Shown here piece by piece: positions 10,397 through 19,938 of a stretch of 64,000 nt of DNA. The DNA is from Fibrobacteria bacterium. Lineage in GTDB: Bacteria; Fibrobacterota; Fibrobacteria; UBA11236; JADFYW01. Both the position numbers and the translations under genes were made by a program. The DNA lies in assembly GCA_050294405.1 (NCBI GenBank), contig JBNKOC010000028.1, forward strand, positions 128,001-192,000, in the 5' to 3' direction. Positions within the stretch are counted from its first letter, which is position 1; each line of letters opens with the position of its first letter. A model generated the notes under the pieces. That model was not told the origin of the DNA. It did not search any database and saw only the letters and a list, made by a program, of their open reading frames with translations.

Positions 10397-11206
10397 TTAG
10401 CGAACAGTTTCGATTTTATCAGCAATAAATTTGTTTAAAACAAAAGCAAAAACCACTGTGCTGATTAAAATCACGATATTATTTAAATTTTTTTTTTCAA
10501 TTTTAAAAAGGCTTATAAAGTTTATAATAAAAAAATGTGAGATGTATATGAGATAGGACAAATCTCCGATTTTAGCATCTAAAGAGGAGCTTTTTGTAAA
10601 TTGAAAAACAAAAGGGATGGAAACAGTCACAAAAGCATATAGTAAAATTAAAAATCCCGGAAAGGAAATGTAATTCCATGTTAGTATAGAAAGGCAAATA
10701 ACAAAAAACAAAATTTGATTGACTGCTGTATTGTTAAATATTTTTTTTTGGTAAATAATGTAGGACATATGGCCTAATATAAATAAAGCTAGTTCTGTGG
10801 GAAAAAGTCTGTAATTCCAGGGGTCAAAATTTAAGCCCTTTTTGTACAAAAAACGGGTTATTATGGATGGTATCAATATTAAAATAACCCAGCTTACTTT
10901 TAACCTGAAAAGAAATGGGGCTGCTAAATAAAAACACAATTCAATCCCTACGGACCAGGCCTGGGGAACCAACGAAAGATTGTAAAGAGCCGGGGCAGAA
11001 TGTCTAAAGTTACTGGTCCATTCTGTGACTCCAGTGTCTGGGTTGACCGCCATAAACATTATTAAATCTTGTCCGAAAATAAATAGGTTTGACGCAATTA
11101 AGATGATTTGCACCGCAATTCTGCCTTCAATGAGCGTGTATCCCCAAATGGACCCTGCGTGGGCCAGTACAACGGCCATAGCCAGTAAAAATCTTATGGT
11201 TCCCAT
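10397..11206 (-). CDS. Acyltransferase-3 (OafA-like) family protein, apparently internally deleted
   Basis: IRFLLAMAVVLAH, QAWSVGIELCFY, GDLSYLIYISH; lacks the FFxISGF and RxxRIxP segments. Confidence 0.75.
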   Translation of the reverse strand: MGTIRFLLAMAVVLAHAGSIWGYTLIEGRIAVQIILIASNLFIFGQDLIMFMAVNPDTGVTEWTSNFRHSAPALYNLSLVPQAWSVGIELCFYLAAPFLFRLKVSWVILILIPSIITRFLYKKGLNFDPWNYRLFPTELALFILGHMSYIIYQKKIFNNTAVNQILFFVICLSILTWNYISFPGFLILLYAFVTVSIPFVFQFTKSSSLDAKIGDLSYLIYISHFFIINFISLFKIEKKNLNNIVILISTVVFAFVLNKFIADKIETVR

Positions 11207-12774
11207 GTTAGGTTTTCATATTTCCAAATTTTACCGGAGGAAGAGGCTACTTGCCTGGCAGGAGGCTCTGAATAACTCTTCCCAAAAAAATTATTTTCGG
11301 GTATGTTATCCTCAAAATGGATGTGCAGTAAATGTGCAACCGCGTAAAAGAAATTTTCTAATTGAATTTTTTTAGAAGAATTTGCATTTAGCTGTTCCGC
11401 CATAAGGGGAAAAGTCTCACGATATTTTTCAGACAGCCAGACCAAAAAAGGAACCTCGAATTCTACAGGCAGGGGAGTTGGATAGCCATGTCCAAATCCG
11501 GTGTGGCCATTATCGAATAACAATTCTCCGTGATCAGAAAGGTAGATCACCCCCGAGGCTTCATTTAAAGCATTTAAATTATTTATCATTTGGGCTAACA
11601 AGGAGTCCTGGTAAGCGACGGATAAATTGTATTCATAAATGATTTTATCTTTTTTGGAATTGGAAAGCGCTTTCAAATTTGGAGTGTTAAAATTTTTAGG
11701 AACTCGTTTTTTATAATCAATATGGCTGCCCAGAAGATGGATGAAGATGATTTTTTTAGAGTCAGGCTGTTTTAGTATGTTATCTAATACTGGCAGAACC
11801 TTTTCATCCAAGGAGGGAATGGCCCAGTAGGTATTAGTATAATGTTGATGATGGCTTTCCTTGGCGATAGCCGTTATCTCAGAGTCTCTAAAACCGTATC
11901 TGCTTTGATTTCCAATCCAATAGCTGGTAAAGCCTGCCTCTTTTGCTAGGCTCACAATGGATGATTTTTTAAAGGATTCATCTGGATTGTTCACGGTTCC
12001 AGGGGTCAGCACTAATCTAAGGGACTCCCGAGTTAAGTTTACCGGGGAAATAACATCCTTAAAAACAATAAGTTTTTCTTTTTTAAGGAAAGGATTAGTG
12101 CCCTGGGGATATCCATATACCTCCATGTTTTGTCTGCGGGCGGATTCTCCAATGACCACAATATATGTTTCATGGAGCTGAGCTAAGCTATCGGCCCGAA
12201 TGGCATTGTATTTCCAGGAACTCTTTGAGGCCAGGAATTCACTGACCCGGTTTTTCTCTTCAAAATAATTTTGCAACGCCAAAAGGGATTCCAAAGGATA
12301 CACGGCTCTGGTGAAACCCATAAATAAAAATTCAAAAGCAAAAAGCACATATAGCAGAAAGACTAAATACTTTGTTTTGCTTTTTTGTTTCGCAGATTGC
12401 CTTGGGGTTTTGTAGAAAGCGGTACCAAAGATGATAATATGCAGGAAAAACACCATATAACTGGATGGCCTGGCCAATACAAATTCTTTACTTTCCAAAT
12501 AATTGCTCTCAAAAATAGCCGCCCAACCACCAACTGTAATAATCTCATTGTAATTTAAAAAATGGGTTAGTTGGAAAATATTAATAAGCAATAAAGGCGA
12601 TGTTATCCATAAAAAGTATTTCCGGTTTTTATTTAATAAAAAATATAGTCCATATAAACTTAAAACATAGATAGCAAAGTGGATAGTATTCCCTGCATTG
12701 AACTCTATATATGCCAACTTTAAAATGGGTGGTATCCAAAGCAGGGCGAAATAAAGCAAAAAAGGAATGGGCAT
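11194..12774 (-). CDS. Phosphoethanolamine transferase (EptA/CptA-like, sulfatase fold)
   Basis: N-terminal TMs; VVIGESARR, putative Thr nucleophile in NLTRES, IHLLGSH, YLSDHGE, GHG. Confidence 0.87.
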   Translation of the reverse strand: MPIPFLLYFALLWIPPILKLAYIEFNAGNTIHFAIYVLSLYGLYFLLNKNRKYFLWITSPLLLINIFQLTHFLNYNEIITVGGWAAIFESNYLESKEFVLARPSSYMVFFLHIIIFGTAFYKTPRQSAKQKSKTKYLVFLLYVLFAFEFLFMGFTRAVYPLESLLALQNYFEEKNRVSEFLASKSSWKYNAIRADSLAQLHETYIVVIGESARRQNMEVYGYPQGTNPFLKKEKLIVFKDVISPVNLTRESLRLVLTPGTVNNPDESFKKSSIVSLAKEAGFTSYWIGNQSRYGFRDSEITAIAKESHHQHYTNTYWAIPSLDEKVLPVLDNILKQPDSKKIIFIHLLGSHIDYKKRVPKNFNTPNLKALSNSKKDKIIYEYNLSVAYQDSLLAQMINNLNALNEASGVIYLSDHGELLFDNGHTGFGHGYPTPLPVEFEVPFLVWLSEKYRETFPLMAEQLNANSSKKIQLENFFYAVAHLLHIHFEDNIPENNFFGKSYSEPPARQVASSSGKIWKYENLTWEP

Positions 12775-13556
12775 TATAAAGATGGGTTAAGGCTATCGCT
12801 AAGAATAATTTTTACCTGTTTCCGTTCCATCAGGCTTTCTGCCAGTTTTTTACTATTAACGGTGAATACATGGATATTTTTTGATCCAAACTCACCCTTG
12901 TAAATTGCGTACAAATCAAAAGGCATAGAGAGAGCGTAAAAGGGACCCTTTGTATAATTCCATTTTATCTGTAGCATTTTTAAAAAGCGATATATTGGGT
13001 TTTTGCTTTTTGGAAGCCAAATCCAATAACTGGTAAAATATCCATGCTGGGCAAAAGGCCTGAGGTTATCGGGAGATTGGGATTCTATCAAAATGTTGCT
13101 CTTGATTTTATAAACCGCATTTAATTGGTTTAACTTTTCCAGACTTTGTTTTAAACCCTTGGAATCCAGCTCTCCACAATTTTTAAAGTCCAACCAAAAT
13201 TTTGTGTGTCCCTGAAACTGATGAAATACATTTTCTAAATACAAGGAGGATGTATCTTCGGCCTTTGGAGGATAGTCATGGGAAACCAAAAATTTATTTT
13301 TATGGGGTAAATAAAAAATATCAATTTCCACCCCGGCATATCCCTTATCCACAGCAGCTTTGATGCTATTTATGGAGTTTTCTTTTTCATATGAACTGTA
13401 GCCCCTATGGCTCCAAATTTTAGATCCTCCATATTCAAATATTTGAGTATTATTCGCCGTTGCATATTTCCAGTTTATCCAGCCTACAAAGGATAGTGGT
13501 ATACCAAGTAAGGCAGCCACAAGGGTTAGAATGATTTTATTTTGAATTATATACAT
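12774..13556 (-). CDS. Glycerophosphodiester phosphodiesterase/PLC-like protein with N-terminal membrane anchor
   Basis: WSHRG, ENS, GVEID, VSHD, WLDFK, IES, FTVN. Confidence 0.75.
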   Translation of the reverse strand: MYIIQNKIILTLVAALLGIPLSFVGWINWKYATANNTQIFEYGGSKIWSHRGYSSYEKENSINSIKAAVDKGYAGVEIDIFYLPHKNKFLVSHDYPPKAEDTSSLYLENVFHQFQGHTKFWLDFKNCGELDSKGLKQSLEKLNQLNAVYKIKSNILIESQSPDNLRPFAQHGYFTSYWIWLPKSKNPIYRFLKMLQIKWNYTKGPFYALSMPFDLYAIYKGEFGSKNIHVFTVNSKKLAESLMERKQVKIILSDSLNPSL

Positions 13557-13634
13557 GAAATTTTATTCCCAAAATGCCTTTATTTTGGGAGAAACCGGCT
13601 GCCAGTTTTGATATGATTATATAATTAACGGAAA

Positions 13635-15197
13635 ATGAAAGTAAACTTGAAAATCATAGAGGAAAAAGGCCACTTTTTCGCTGTTGTTTTTACTCTATGT
13701 CTGCTGCTGTTTTTGCTTTGTCAAAGAGTAAGCCATCACAGGTTGCCCCACGGAGATGAGGGTTCCTGGATGGCGGTTGCGGCCGAATTGTCCAAGGGAA
13801 ATGGATTTAGCACACGCTGGGTGGAATTTCCATTTTTAACCCCTTATGAAGCCCCCCGCAGCGATGATTTTCGATACCCGGGTCTGGTGGTATTGCTGGC
13901 AGCGGCCTTTAAAATTTTTGGGATCCATTACCAACTGGCTTTATGGGTGGTGGCTGCCGTATATTTTGTGAGTTGTATTGCTTTTTATTTTTTGATTCGC
14001 TCTCATTTCGGTCGAGCAACAGCGTTAATAAGTTTGCTTTTGGCAAGCCTCTCCCCTCTCCAACTGTATTGGAATACTCAGGTTTATTCAGAGGGCCTAT
14101 TTTTATTGGGCCTTGTAGCTTTTGTGTACTCCTGTTCCAAATTAAACACAAAACAACCTAAAACTTTTTTTCTGGCCGGAGTTTGTTTAGCAGGGGTTTA
14201 TTTAATTAGGCCTAATGCTTTGATCTGTATTTTGGGATTTTTAGCCTACACCCCCAATGTTGTCCATGGGAAAAAAGAATTTTTCACCAATATGCTGGCG
14301 GTCGGGGTAGGATGTGTATTAGCTGTTTTGCCCTGGTTATTGCGCAATTATTTGTCCTTTGGCAATCCCCTGCATTTCGCCAATAGCAGCGCCATATTCA
14401 TGGGCAATATGAACGATCCTGTTAACATGACTCCAATGGAATATTTTCAAAGTTATGGATTTTGGTTCCAGTTTGAAAGGATGTTTTACGGCTGCCTGAA
14501 TTTTTATAACGCTTGGATGCTCTATGATCATGGACTTTTTATTATCCCTATGTTAGCTGTGTTTTTGGGGATTCGTAAAGGCGGATTTTACAACAAGGTT
14601 GTGGCTATTGGTTTTGGAGCAACCCTTGTGATTTGCTGCTTTATGTCCTACAGCCTAAGCGAAGCTGCTATTCGGTATTTTTCTCCTTTTGCTTTATTTT
14701 TTATGGCCTATGGTGTGCACCAATGCCTGCAACTCCTCAACAGCAAAACTCTAGGATTGAATAAAGTTCCTGAGCAGTTAAGAACAGGAATATTGGCTTT
14801 TATTTTGATACTGCCAATTATCAATCCTCAACGGTTTTATTTGAGGAAATATGCCGCTCTCCATCCTGTGGATATGAGTGAAGTAAATAATTACAAAGAG
14901 GCCCATTTGAAGCTAATTGGGAATAATTATTACCTGAGCCGCTATTTGTGCCAGCTCAATTTTGAATTGGAAGGAAAATGTCTGGGAATTCAATCGCGGG
15001 GCGATAACCGAATTTTGGAGGCGATTCCCAAGGCCATCAACTCCCTGAATCCTCCTTTTCTTGCACTTACAAGAGAAGAGGCGCAATCAGTTTTGGGCAA
15101 ACAGATTTTATTTAAAATCAGGGAGCAGAGTTCAGACCCCCAGGAAGTTTGGAAAAACAGCTTTGCTGTGATTTACAATTTAGCCCCAAAAAAGTAG
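13635..15197 (+). CDS. GT-C fold membrane glycosyltransferase (ArnT/PMT-like)
   Basis: HGDE after TM1, RYPG, YSEGLF, IRPN, PWLLRNY..FG, RY. Confidence 0.78.
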   Translation: MKVNLKIIEEKGHFFAVVFTLCLLLFLLCQRVSHHRLPHGDEGSWMAVAAELSKGNGFSTRWVEFPFLTPYEAPRSDDFRYPGLVVLLAAAFKIFGIHYQLALWVVAAVYFVSCIAFYFLIRSHFGRATALISLLLASLSPLQLYWNTQVYSEGLFLLGLVAFVYSCSKLNTKQPKTFFLAGVCLAGVYLIRPNALICILGFLAYTPNVVHGKKEFFTNMLAVGVGCVLAVLPWLLRNYLSFGNPLHFANSSAIFMGNMNDPVNMTPMEYFQSYGFWFQFERMFYGCLNFYNAWMLYDHGLFIIPMLAVFLGIRKGGFYNKVVAIGFGATLVICCFMSYSLSEAAIRYFSPFALFFMAYGVHQCLQLLNSKTLGLNKVPEQLRTGILAFILILPIINPQRFYLRKYAALHPVDMSEVNNYKEAHLKLIGNNYYLSRYLCQLNFELEGKCLGIQSRGDNRILEAIPKAINSLNPPFLALTREEAQSVLGKQILFKIREQSSDPQEVWKNSFAVIYNLAPKK

Positions 15198-15230
15198 TTT
15201 CCTAGCTCTTCCAGCAATTTGGAAAATACT

Positions 15231-16469
15231 ATGGAACTATTTCAATTCGATAAACCAGGGTATTATGGAAAATTCGGGGGCTGCTTTGTGCCCGAAATTT
15301 TAAAAGCGACCCTGGATGAGCTCACTAAGGTTTTTTATGAAGTTAAAGACGATCCAACTTTTTGGGTGCGCTATGTAGATGAATTACATGAATATTGTGG
15401 ACGTCCCACTCCGGTAACTTATTTGAAAAATTTAACGGAAAAATTGGGCGGGGCCAAAATTTATGCTAAGCGGGAAGATTTAAACCACACCGGAGCCCAT
15501 AAAGCCAATAATGTTATTGGCCAGGGGCTTTTGACCCAGTATATGGGAAAAAAACGGGTTATTGCTGAAACCGGGGCTGGCCAACATGGGGTGGCAACCG
15601 CTACTATGGCGGCAAAATTCGGCCTGGAGTGTACCATATACATGGGTGAGGTGGATGTAAATCGCCAGAGACCCAATGTATTTTGGATGGAACAAATGGG
15701 GGCGAAAGTTGTTTCCGTAAAAACGGGCCAACGAACTTTAAAAGATGCCATTAGTGAAGCCCTTAGGGATTGGGCAGAATCCATGGACAACTCTCATTAT
15801 GTTATGGGAACAGCCTGCGGGCCTCATCCTTTTCCCGAAATGGTAAGCTGGTTTCAATCTATTATCGGCCTTGAGGCCAAGGCCCAAATAAAACGCATGG
15901 CGGGCAGGTATCCCGACAGAGTTTACGCTTGCGTTGGGGGCGGCTCTAATGCTATGGGAATTTTCCAGGGCTTTATAGATGAAGAAGGGGTGGAATTAGT
16001 GGGGGTAGAAGCCGGTGGCAGAGGCATGGAATTGGGGCAGCACGCTGCCCGTTTGGCCAAAGGCTCTACGGCATCCCTGGGTGTGGCCCATGGCTACAAA
16101 ACTCAATTTTTGCAGGACAAAAATGGGCAGATGACAGAAACCCACTCTGTGTCTGCGGGATTGGATTATATGGGAGTTTCTCCCATATTGGCCCATTTAA
16201 ATGAAATTGGCAAGGTGCGTTTTGAAGCGGCCACCGATGAAGAAGTTGTGGAAACATTAAAATTGGTTATGAAGCACGAAGGAATTATCCCCGCGCTGGA
16301 AAGCACCCATGCTTTTGTGACTGGGTTAAAAGAAGCGGCTCAAATGAAAAAAGATGAGGTTGTTTTAATCAACCAGTCAGGCAGGGGAGACAAGGATATA
16401 TTCACTGTAGCCGATGCCATACACGATCCCAGCTGGAACAGTTTTTTAAAAAGCAAAATTAAAGAATGA
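15231..16469 (+). CDS. trpB: Tryptophan synthase beta subunit
   Basis: KREDLNHTGAHK, AETGAGQHG, GGGSNAMG, SAGLDY, SGRGDKD. ATG at 15231 preferred over TTG at 15219. Confidence 0.97.
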   Translation: MELFQFDKPGYYGKFGGCFVPEILKATLDELTKVFYEVKDDPTFWVRYVDELHEYCGRPTPVTYLKNLTEKLGGAKIYAKREDLNHTGAHKANNVIGQGLLTQYMGKKRVIAETGAGQHGVATATMAAKFGLECTIYMGEVDVNRQRPNVFWMEQMGAKVVSVKTGQRTLKDAISEALRDWAESMDNSHYVMGTACGPHPFPEMVSWFQSIIGLEAKAQIKRMAGRYPDRVYACVGGGSNAMGIFQGFIDEEGVELVGVEAGGRGMELGQHAARLAKGSTASLGVAHGYKTQFLQDKNGQMTETHSVSAGLDYMGVSPILAHLNEIGKVRFEAATDEEVVETLKLVMKHEGIIPALESTHAFVTGLKEAAQMKKDEVVLINQSGRGDKDIFTVADAIHDPSWNSFLKSKIKE

Positions 16470-17233
16470 ATTTAGAAGCAATCATTTCGGATTCTGTTGA
16501 AAAAAAGGGCATAGCCACCATGTGCCATATTGTATGTGGTTACCCTTCTTTTGAAGACAATGAAAAAATATTAGATGTTATGGATGAAAACGGTGTTGAG
16601 TTTGTGGAATTCCAATTTCCTTTTTCCGAACCCATAGCAGATGGCCCCTTGTTTTTAAAAGCCAACCAGGCCAGCATTGATGCTGGGACCACAACAGAAG
16701 ACTGCCTTCAATTTTTAGCCAAATGTGCTGCCAAATACAATTTTAAACCGGTAATGATGGGTTATTACAATACTATTTTTAATTTTGGCGAATCCCTGTT
16801 TTGCCAACGGCTAAAAGAAGCTGGAGCTTGTGCCTTAATAATCCCCGATTTACCGATTGAAGAAGCCCAATCATTGAGGGACGAATGTGTAAAACAGGAT
16901 TTAAACCTGGTTCCCCTAGTGGCTCCCACAAATACCGTAGATCGGCTAAAAGAAGTTTTGGATTTAGGCCAGGGCTTTATTTATGCAGTGGCCAGAAAGG
17001 GAGTCACCGGGAAAAAAACTGAATTTTCTTTGAATTTAGAAGGCTACTTAGGCAACATTAAGTCCATTTCCAATTTACCTCTGGCCGTGGGTTTTGGCGT
17101 TTCTGGAAAATCCGATTTAGATTATTTAAAAGGCAAAGCCCACATGGCTGTTATTGGAACTGCGGTTTTAAAGACCTATTTGGAATCCGGTCAGGAAGGC
17201 CTTAAAAACTTTTTTAAATCCATATTTTCTTAA
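16466..17233 (+). CDS. trpA: Tryptophan synthase alpha subunit
   Basis: EFQFPFSEPIADGP, IPDLP, LVAPT, GVTG, VGFGV; ATGA overlap with trpB. Confidence 0.96.
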   Translation: MNLEAIISDSVEKKGIATMCHIVCGYPSFEDNEKILDVMDENGVEFVEFQFPFSEPIADGPLFLKANQASIDAGTTTEDCLQFLAKCAAKYNFKPVMMGYYNTIFNFGESLFCQRLKEAGACALIIPDLPIEEAQSLRDECVKQDLNLVPLVAPTNTVDRLKEVLDLGQGFIYAVARKGVTGKKTEFSLNLEGYLGNIKSISNLPLAVGFGVSGKSDLDYLKGKAHMAVIGTAVLKTYLESGQEGLKNFFKSIFS

Positions 17234-17248
17234 GGGATTTTTAAAAGC

Positions 17249-18244
17249 TTATTCCACCGAATGGGATAGACCGTGTTCCTCCAACAATTTGATTTCAGTT
17301 ACGCTGTCTTCAATAACTAAAATCACAACCTGCTGTCCGTCTTGCGGGGTAAAATCCAACTCCAAATGATCTAAGCTGAAAATGATTTCGGAACTAACAT
17401 TTACCACAAAGCCGGTTTCGCTTTGGGCGATTTCTCCCGGATAAATTTCACCGGCCTTGTCTTCAATTTGCTCCACAAATATTTCCTGACCTTCCTCATT
17501 TTCATAATAATAATGAATAGGGCTTTCCGGGCTTAACTCCACAGGCAATATCTGATAAGACTCCTCCCTTTCTTCGATGTAATCCTCGTTACTGCCTTCT
17601 GATTTGGAATTAAAGAAAACAAATTCCAAAGGAGCTAATTCCAAAATGTCCGCTTCGCTATTCTCAATTTCAAGTTTCAAACTATTCACTAAATCGCCCA
17701 GTAAGAAAATAATTTCCAATGGCCCAGTGGGAACTTCGGAAATTGTAAAGCGACCACTCTCCTGTATTTCAACGGGCAATTCCATACCCGTAACAAAAAT
17801 GGACAATTGGTCTAAAGTGAAAGTTTCGGGTATATGTATAGAGCCTGTTAAACTCAATTTAGGTTGTAAAGCCAAATTTTTTAGACCCACCGCAGAGTCT
17901 GCCTTTAAATCCACTACAGTCCGAGGTAAAGAAAGGGCTTCGGAACTAATTGGAGTGGACAACACATATTTTCCAGCGCTTAAATTTTCGAATATAAAAC
18001 TGCCTTTTTCATTGGTGGTATCCGTTTTAAGCACAGACGGATTTTCATCTGAAAGATTAAGAGAAAGCCGAGCCAAAGCCACAGGACGCATGGCCACGGG
18101 ATTGTTGCCTGCGTCTAACAATGTGCCGCTGATGGAGTTGGGCACTTCTGTTCCCCCGCCTGCTACTTTGTCCGATGGCCCGCAACCAACAATGCATAGT
18201 AGAGGGTAAAGAAAAAATAGAACCGTTAAAAAAATCTGCTTCAT
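17249..18244 (-). CDS. Putative lipoprotein with carboxypeptidase-regulatory-like (prealbumin-fold) domains
   Basis: Signal peptide with IVGC lipobox, AGGGTEVPN linker, ISGTLLD..N.PV, TNEKGSFIFENLSAGKY. Confidence 0.7.
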   Translation of the reverse strand: MKQIFLTVLFFLYPLLCIVGCGPSDKVAGGGTEVPNSISGTLLDAGNNPVAMRPVALARLSLNLSDENPSVLKTDTTNEKGSFIFENLSAGKYVLSTPISSEALSLPRTVVDLKADSAVGLKNLALQPKLSLTGSIHIPETFTLDQLSIFVTGMELPVEIQESGRFTISEVPTGPLEIIFLLGDLVNSLKLEIENSEADILELAPLEFVFFNSKSEGSNEDYIEEREESYQILPVELSPESPIHYYYENEEGQEIFVEQIEDKAGEIYPGEIAQSETGFVVNVSSEIIFSLDHLELDFTPQDGQQVVILVIEDSVTEIKLLEEHGLSHSVE

Positions 18245-18248
18245 GTTA

Positions 18249-19112
18249 TCAGTCCTCTATTTTCTTGCTTAATGGGAAAGCCTGAAAATTGATTTGGTAG
18301 ACTTTTTCAATATGTTTATCGTTTTGGGCTTTTTCCATAATCTTTTTTCGAGTTTCATCTATAAGTTGGGTAATTTCATTATAAGTTTTTTCACTCATGG
18401 AAACAGTAGCTGAGCTAATATGTCTTTCGCTAAGACCCATGGATTCAGTTACATCCAGTGCCCTTAAAAGATTTTGTTTTTTATAATTTTGCAAAATAGA
18501 ATGGGGAATTTTTTCCGCTGAGATAACCGGGTTGGACTGCTGGTAATTTCCTTTGGAATCCTGTGTTAATAGGCCGCAATTTAACAATACCTCCACCGCC
18601 CTTTGGGCCTCTGTGGTTTTGATAGGAGGTCTTAGCATTTTTCCTAGCCTTTCAAAATCGCCTTGCCATTTGGCATATGCCACAAGCTCCCGAACAACGG
18701 GAATGTACCATTCATTAAATAGTGGAAAATGCTTTTCATTTAGTTTATAAAATTTGGAGCTTTTTCTAACGCGGTTTAATTGGTTGTAATAATGTTCTCT
18801 TTCGGAATGGCTGTCCGCCTGATTAAACAAAATCATGTATTCCAGATACAGGGCGGGTTTTCCTTTGAGGCCAATTCCTTTGATGAGTTTAGGAATGGAT
18901 TTTTCAGTGATATTTCTTTTGCCGCTAATTAAATGAGAGCAAAAACTGGCGGAATTAAAACCAGCCTTGCGGGCAAAATACCGATGGGAGAAAACCGATT
19001 TTAATTCTTTTTGTTCTTTGAAATACTCTTTTAAAAATTCCCGATAGTTATCAAACTGGAATATGCGCTCGGTGACCTGAAAGAATTTTGATGTATCTCG
19101 TTTTAAATTCAT
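18249..19112 (-). CDS. TIGR02147 family protein (HTH plus DUF4423-like)
   Basis: IFQFDNYREFLKEYF, FSHRYFARKAGF, GKRN, WYIPVVREL, ERHIS, VYQINFQAFPLS. Start uncertain (ATG 19112 or TTG 19121). Confidence 0.88.
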   Translation of the reverse strand: MNLKRDTSKFFQVTERIFQFDNYREFLKEYFKEQKELKSVFSHRYFARKAGFNSASFCSHLISGKRNITEKSIPKLIKGIGLKGKPALYLEYMILFNQADSHSEREHYYNQLNRVRKSSKFYKLNEKHFPLFNEWYIPVVRELVAYAKWQGDFERLGKMLRPPIKTTEAQRAVEVLLNCGLLTQDSKGNYQQSNPVISAEKIPHSILQNYKKQNLLRALDVTESMGLSERHISSATVSMSEKTYNEITQLIDETRKKIMEKAQNDKHIEKVYQINFQAFPLSKKIED

Positions 19113-19123
19113 TTGCTGCAAAT

Positions 19124-19171
19124 ACAGAGCACCCGGCCTAGCTTTAAAAGGGCTTCGGTCGGGTGCTTTGT
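19124..19171. other. Intergenic inverted repeat / stem-loop
   Basis: acagagcacccggcc (19124-19138) pairs with ggtcgggtgctttgt (19157-19171), with two non-Watson-Crick positions. Confidence 0.55.
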
Positions 19172-19187
19172 GGAAATCTAAGTAAAA

Positions 19188-19640
19188 TTATCCCTCTACA
19201 TGGATAGGGGTTTCCTCCTCAGTTGTTTCTTCTTCGGAAACTTCAGTACCCTCTTCATGCTCAGAGCCTTCTTCATCGTGATGTTTGTATTCTACATCTT
19301 CCAAAACAGTGCCTTCGCTTTCGCTTATTTCAATACCTTCAGCTAGCACAATTTCATTACCTTCATCGTCCCGGGCTAAAAGTTTATAGTTACCTGGAGG
19401 CACGTCTGCCGCGGCAAAATGCCCGTCTTCAAAGATGGCAATTACAATTTCTCCGCCTTCTTTTTCCACTAATACCAAAGCATGACCTGTTAAATCTGTA
19501 GAATCGGAAATGGCTATATTTCCAGAAAAGGCTCCAGGTGCATTTGGATTTACTTCCAGTGCGGGGTCTTGGGGATCATCGTTATTGATACAGCCAGTGG
19601 CCGCCAAACATATTGCAAAAATCCATAGCAGTTTTTTCAT
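19188..19640 (-). CDS. Putative lipoprotein, prealbumin-like domain plus acidic tail
   Basis: MKKLLWIFAICLAATGC lipobox; DGHFAAADVPPGNYKL; Glu/His-rich C-terminus; GGAGG RBS. Confidence 0.72.
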   Translation of the reverse strand: MKKLLWIFAICLAATGCINNDDPQDPALEVNPNAPGAFSGNIAISDSTDLTGHALVLVEKEGGEIVIAIFEDGHFAAADVPPGNYKLLARDDEGNEIVLAEGIEISESEGTVLEDVEYKHHDEEGSEHEEGTEVSEEETTEEETPIHVEG

Positions 19641-19938
19641 TGTTCCTCCTAAAGTTATTGAGCTTGCTATGTTTACAATTTATTATGGGTCATTTGAATC
19701 GTCCCGGCTTTTGTACAAAAAACGATCTCATAAGAGATCACTTTGGCAATCTTAAAAATTACTTAAATCCTTATATTATAATAACTTAAAAATTTAAATA
19801 ATTCTCTATAATTATTTAAATTCTAAAAAATAGAATACAATAGGCTCTGTGGGATTTAAGCTTTGCGGCCAGACACAGCGCAAATGTTAAATCTGCCAAA
19901 CTCCTTGGCCCCAGGGGGTGCCTGTATTTAGCTAAAAA

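Noticed and set aside
17604..18209. 201-aa + strand ORF
   Set aside because: Antisense shadow of the lipoprotein gene, with no recognisable motifs. The same applies to the many 60-150 aa ORFs nested in or opposite well-supported genes.
19124..19171. Rho-independent terminator call for the hairpin
   Set aside because: On the transcribed minus strand it has two A-C mismatches and no U tract; kept only as an inverted repeat.
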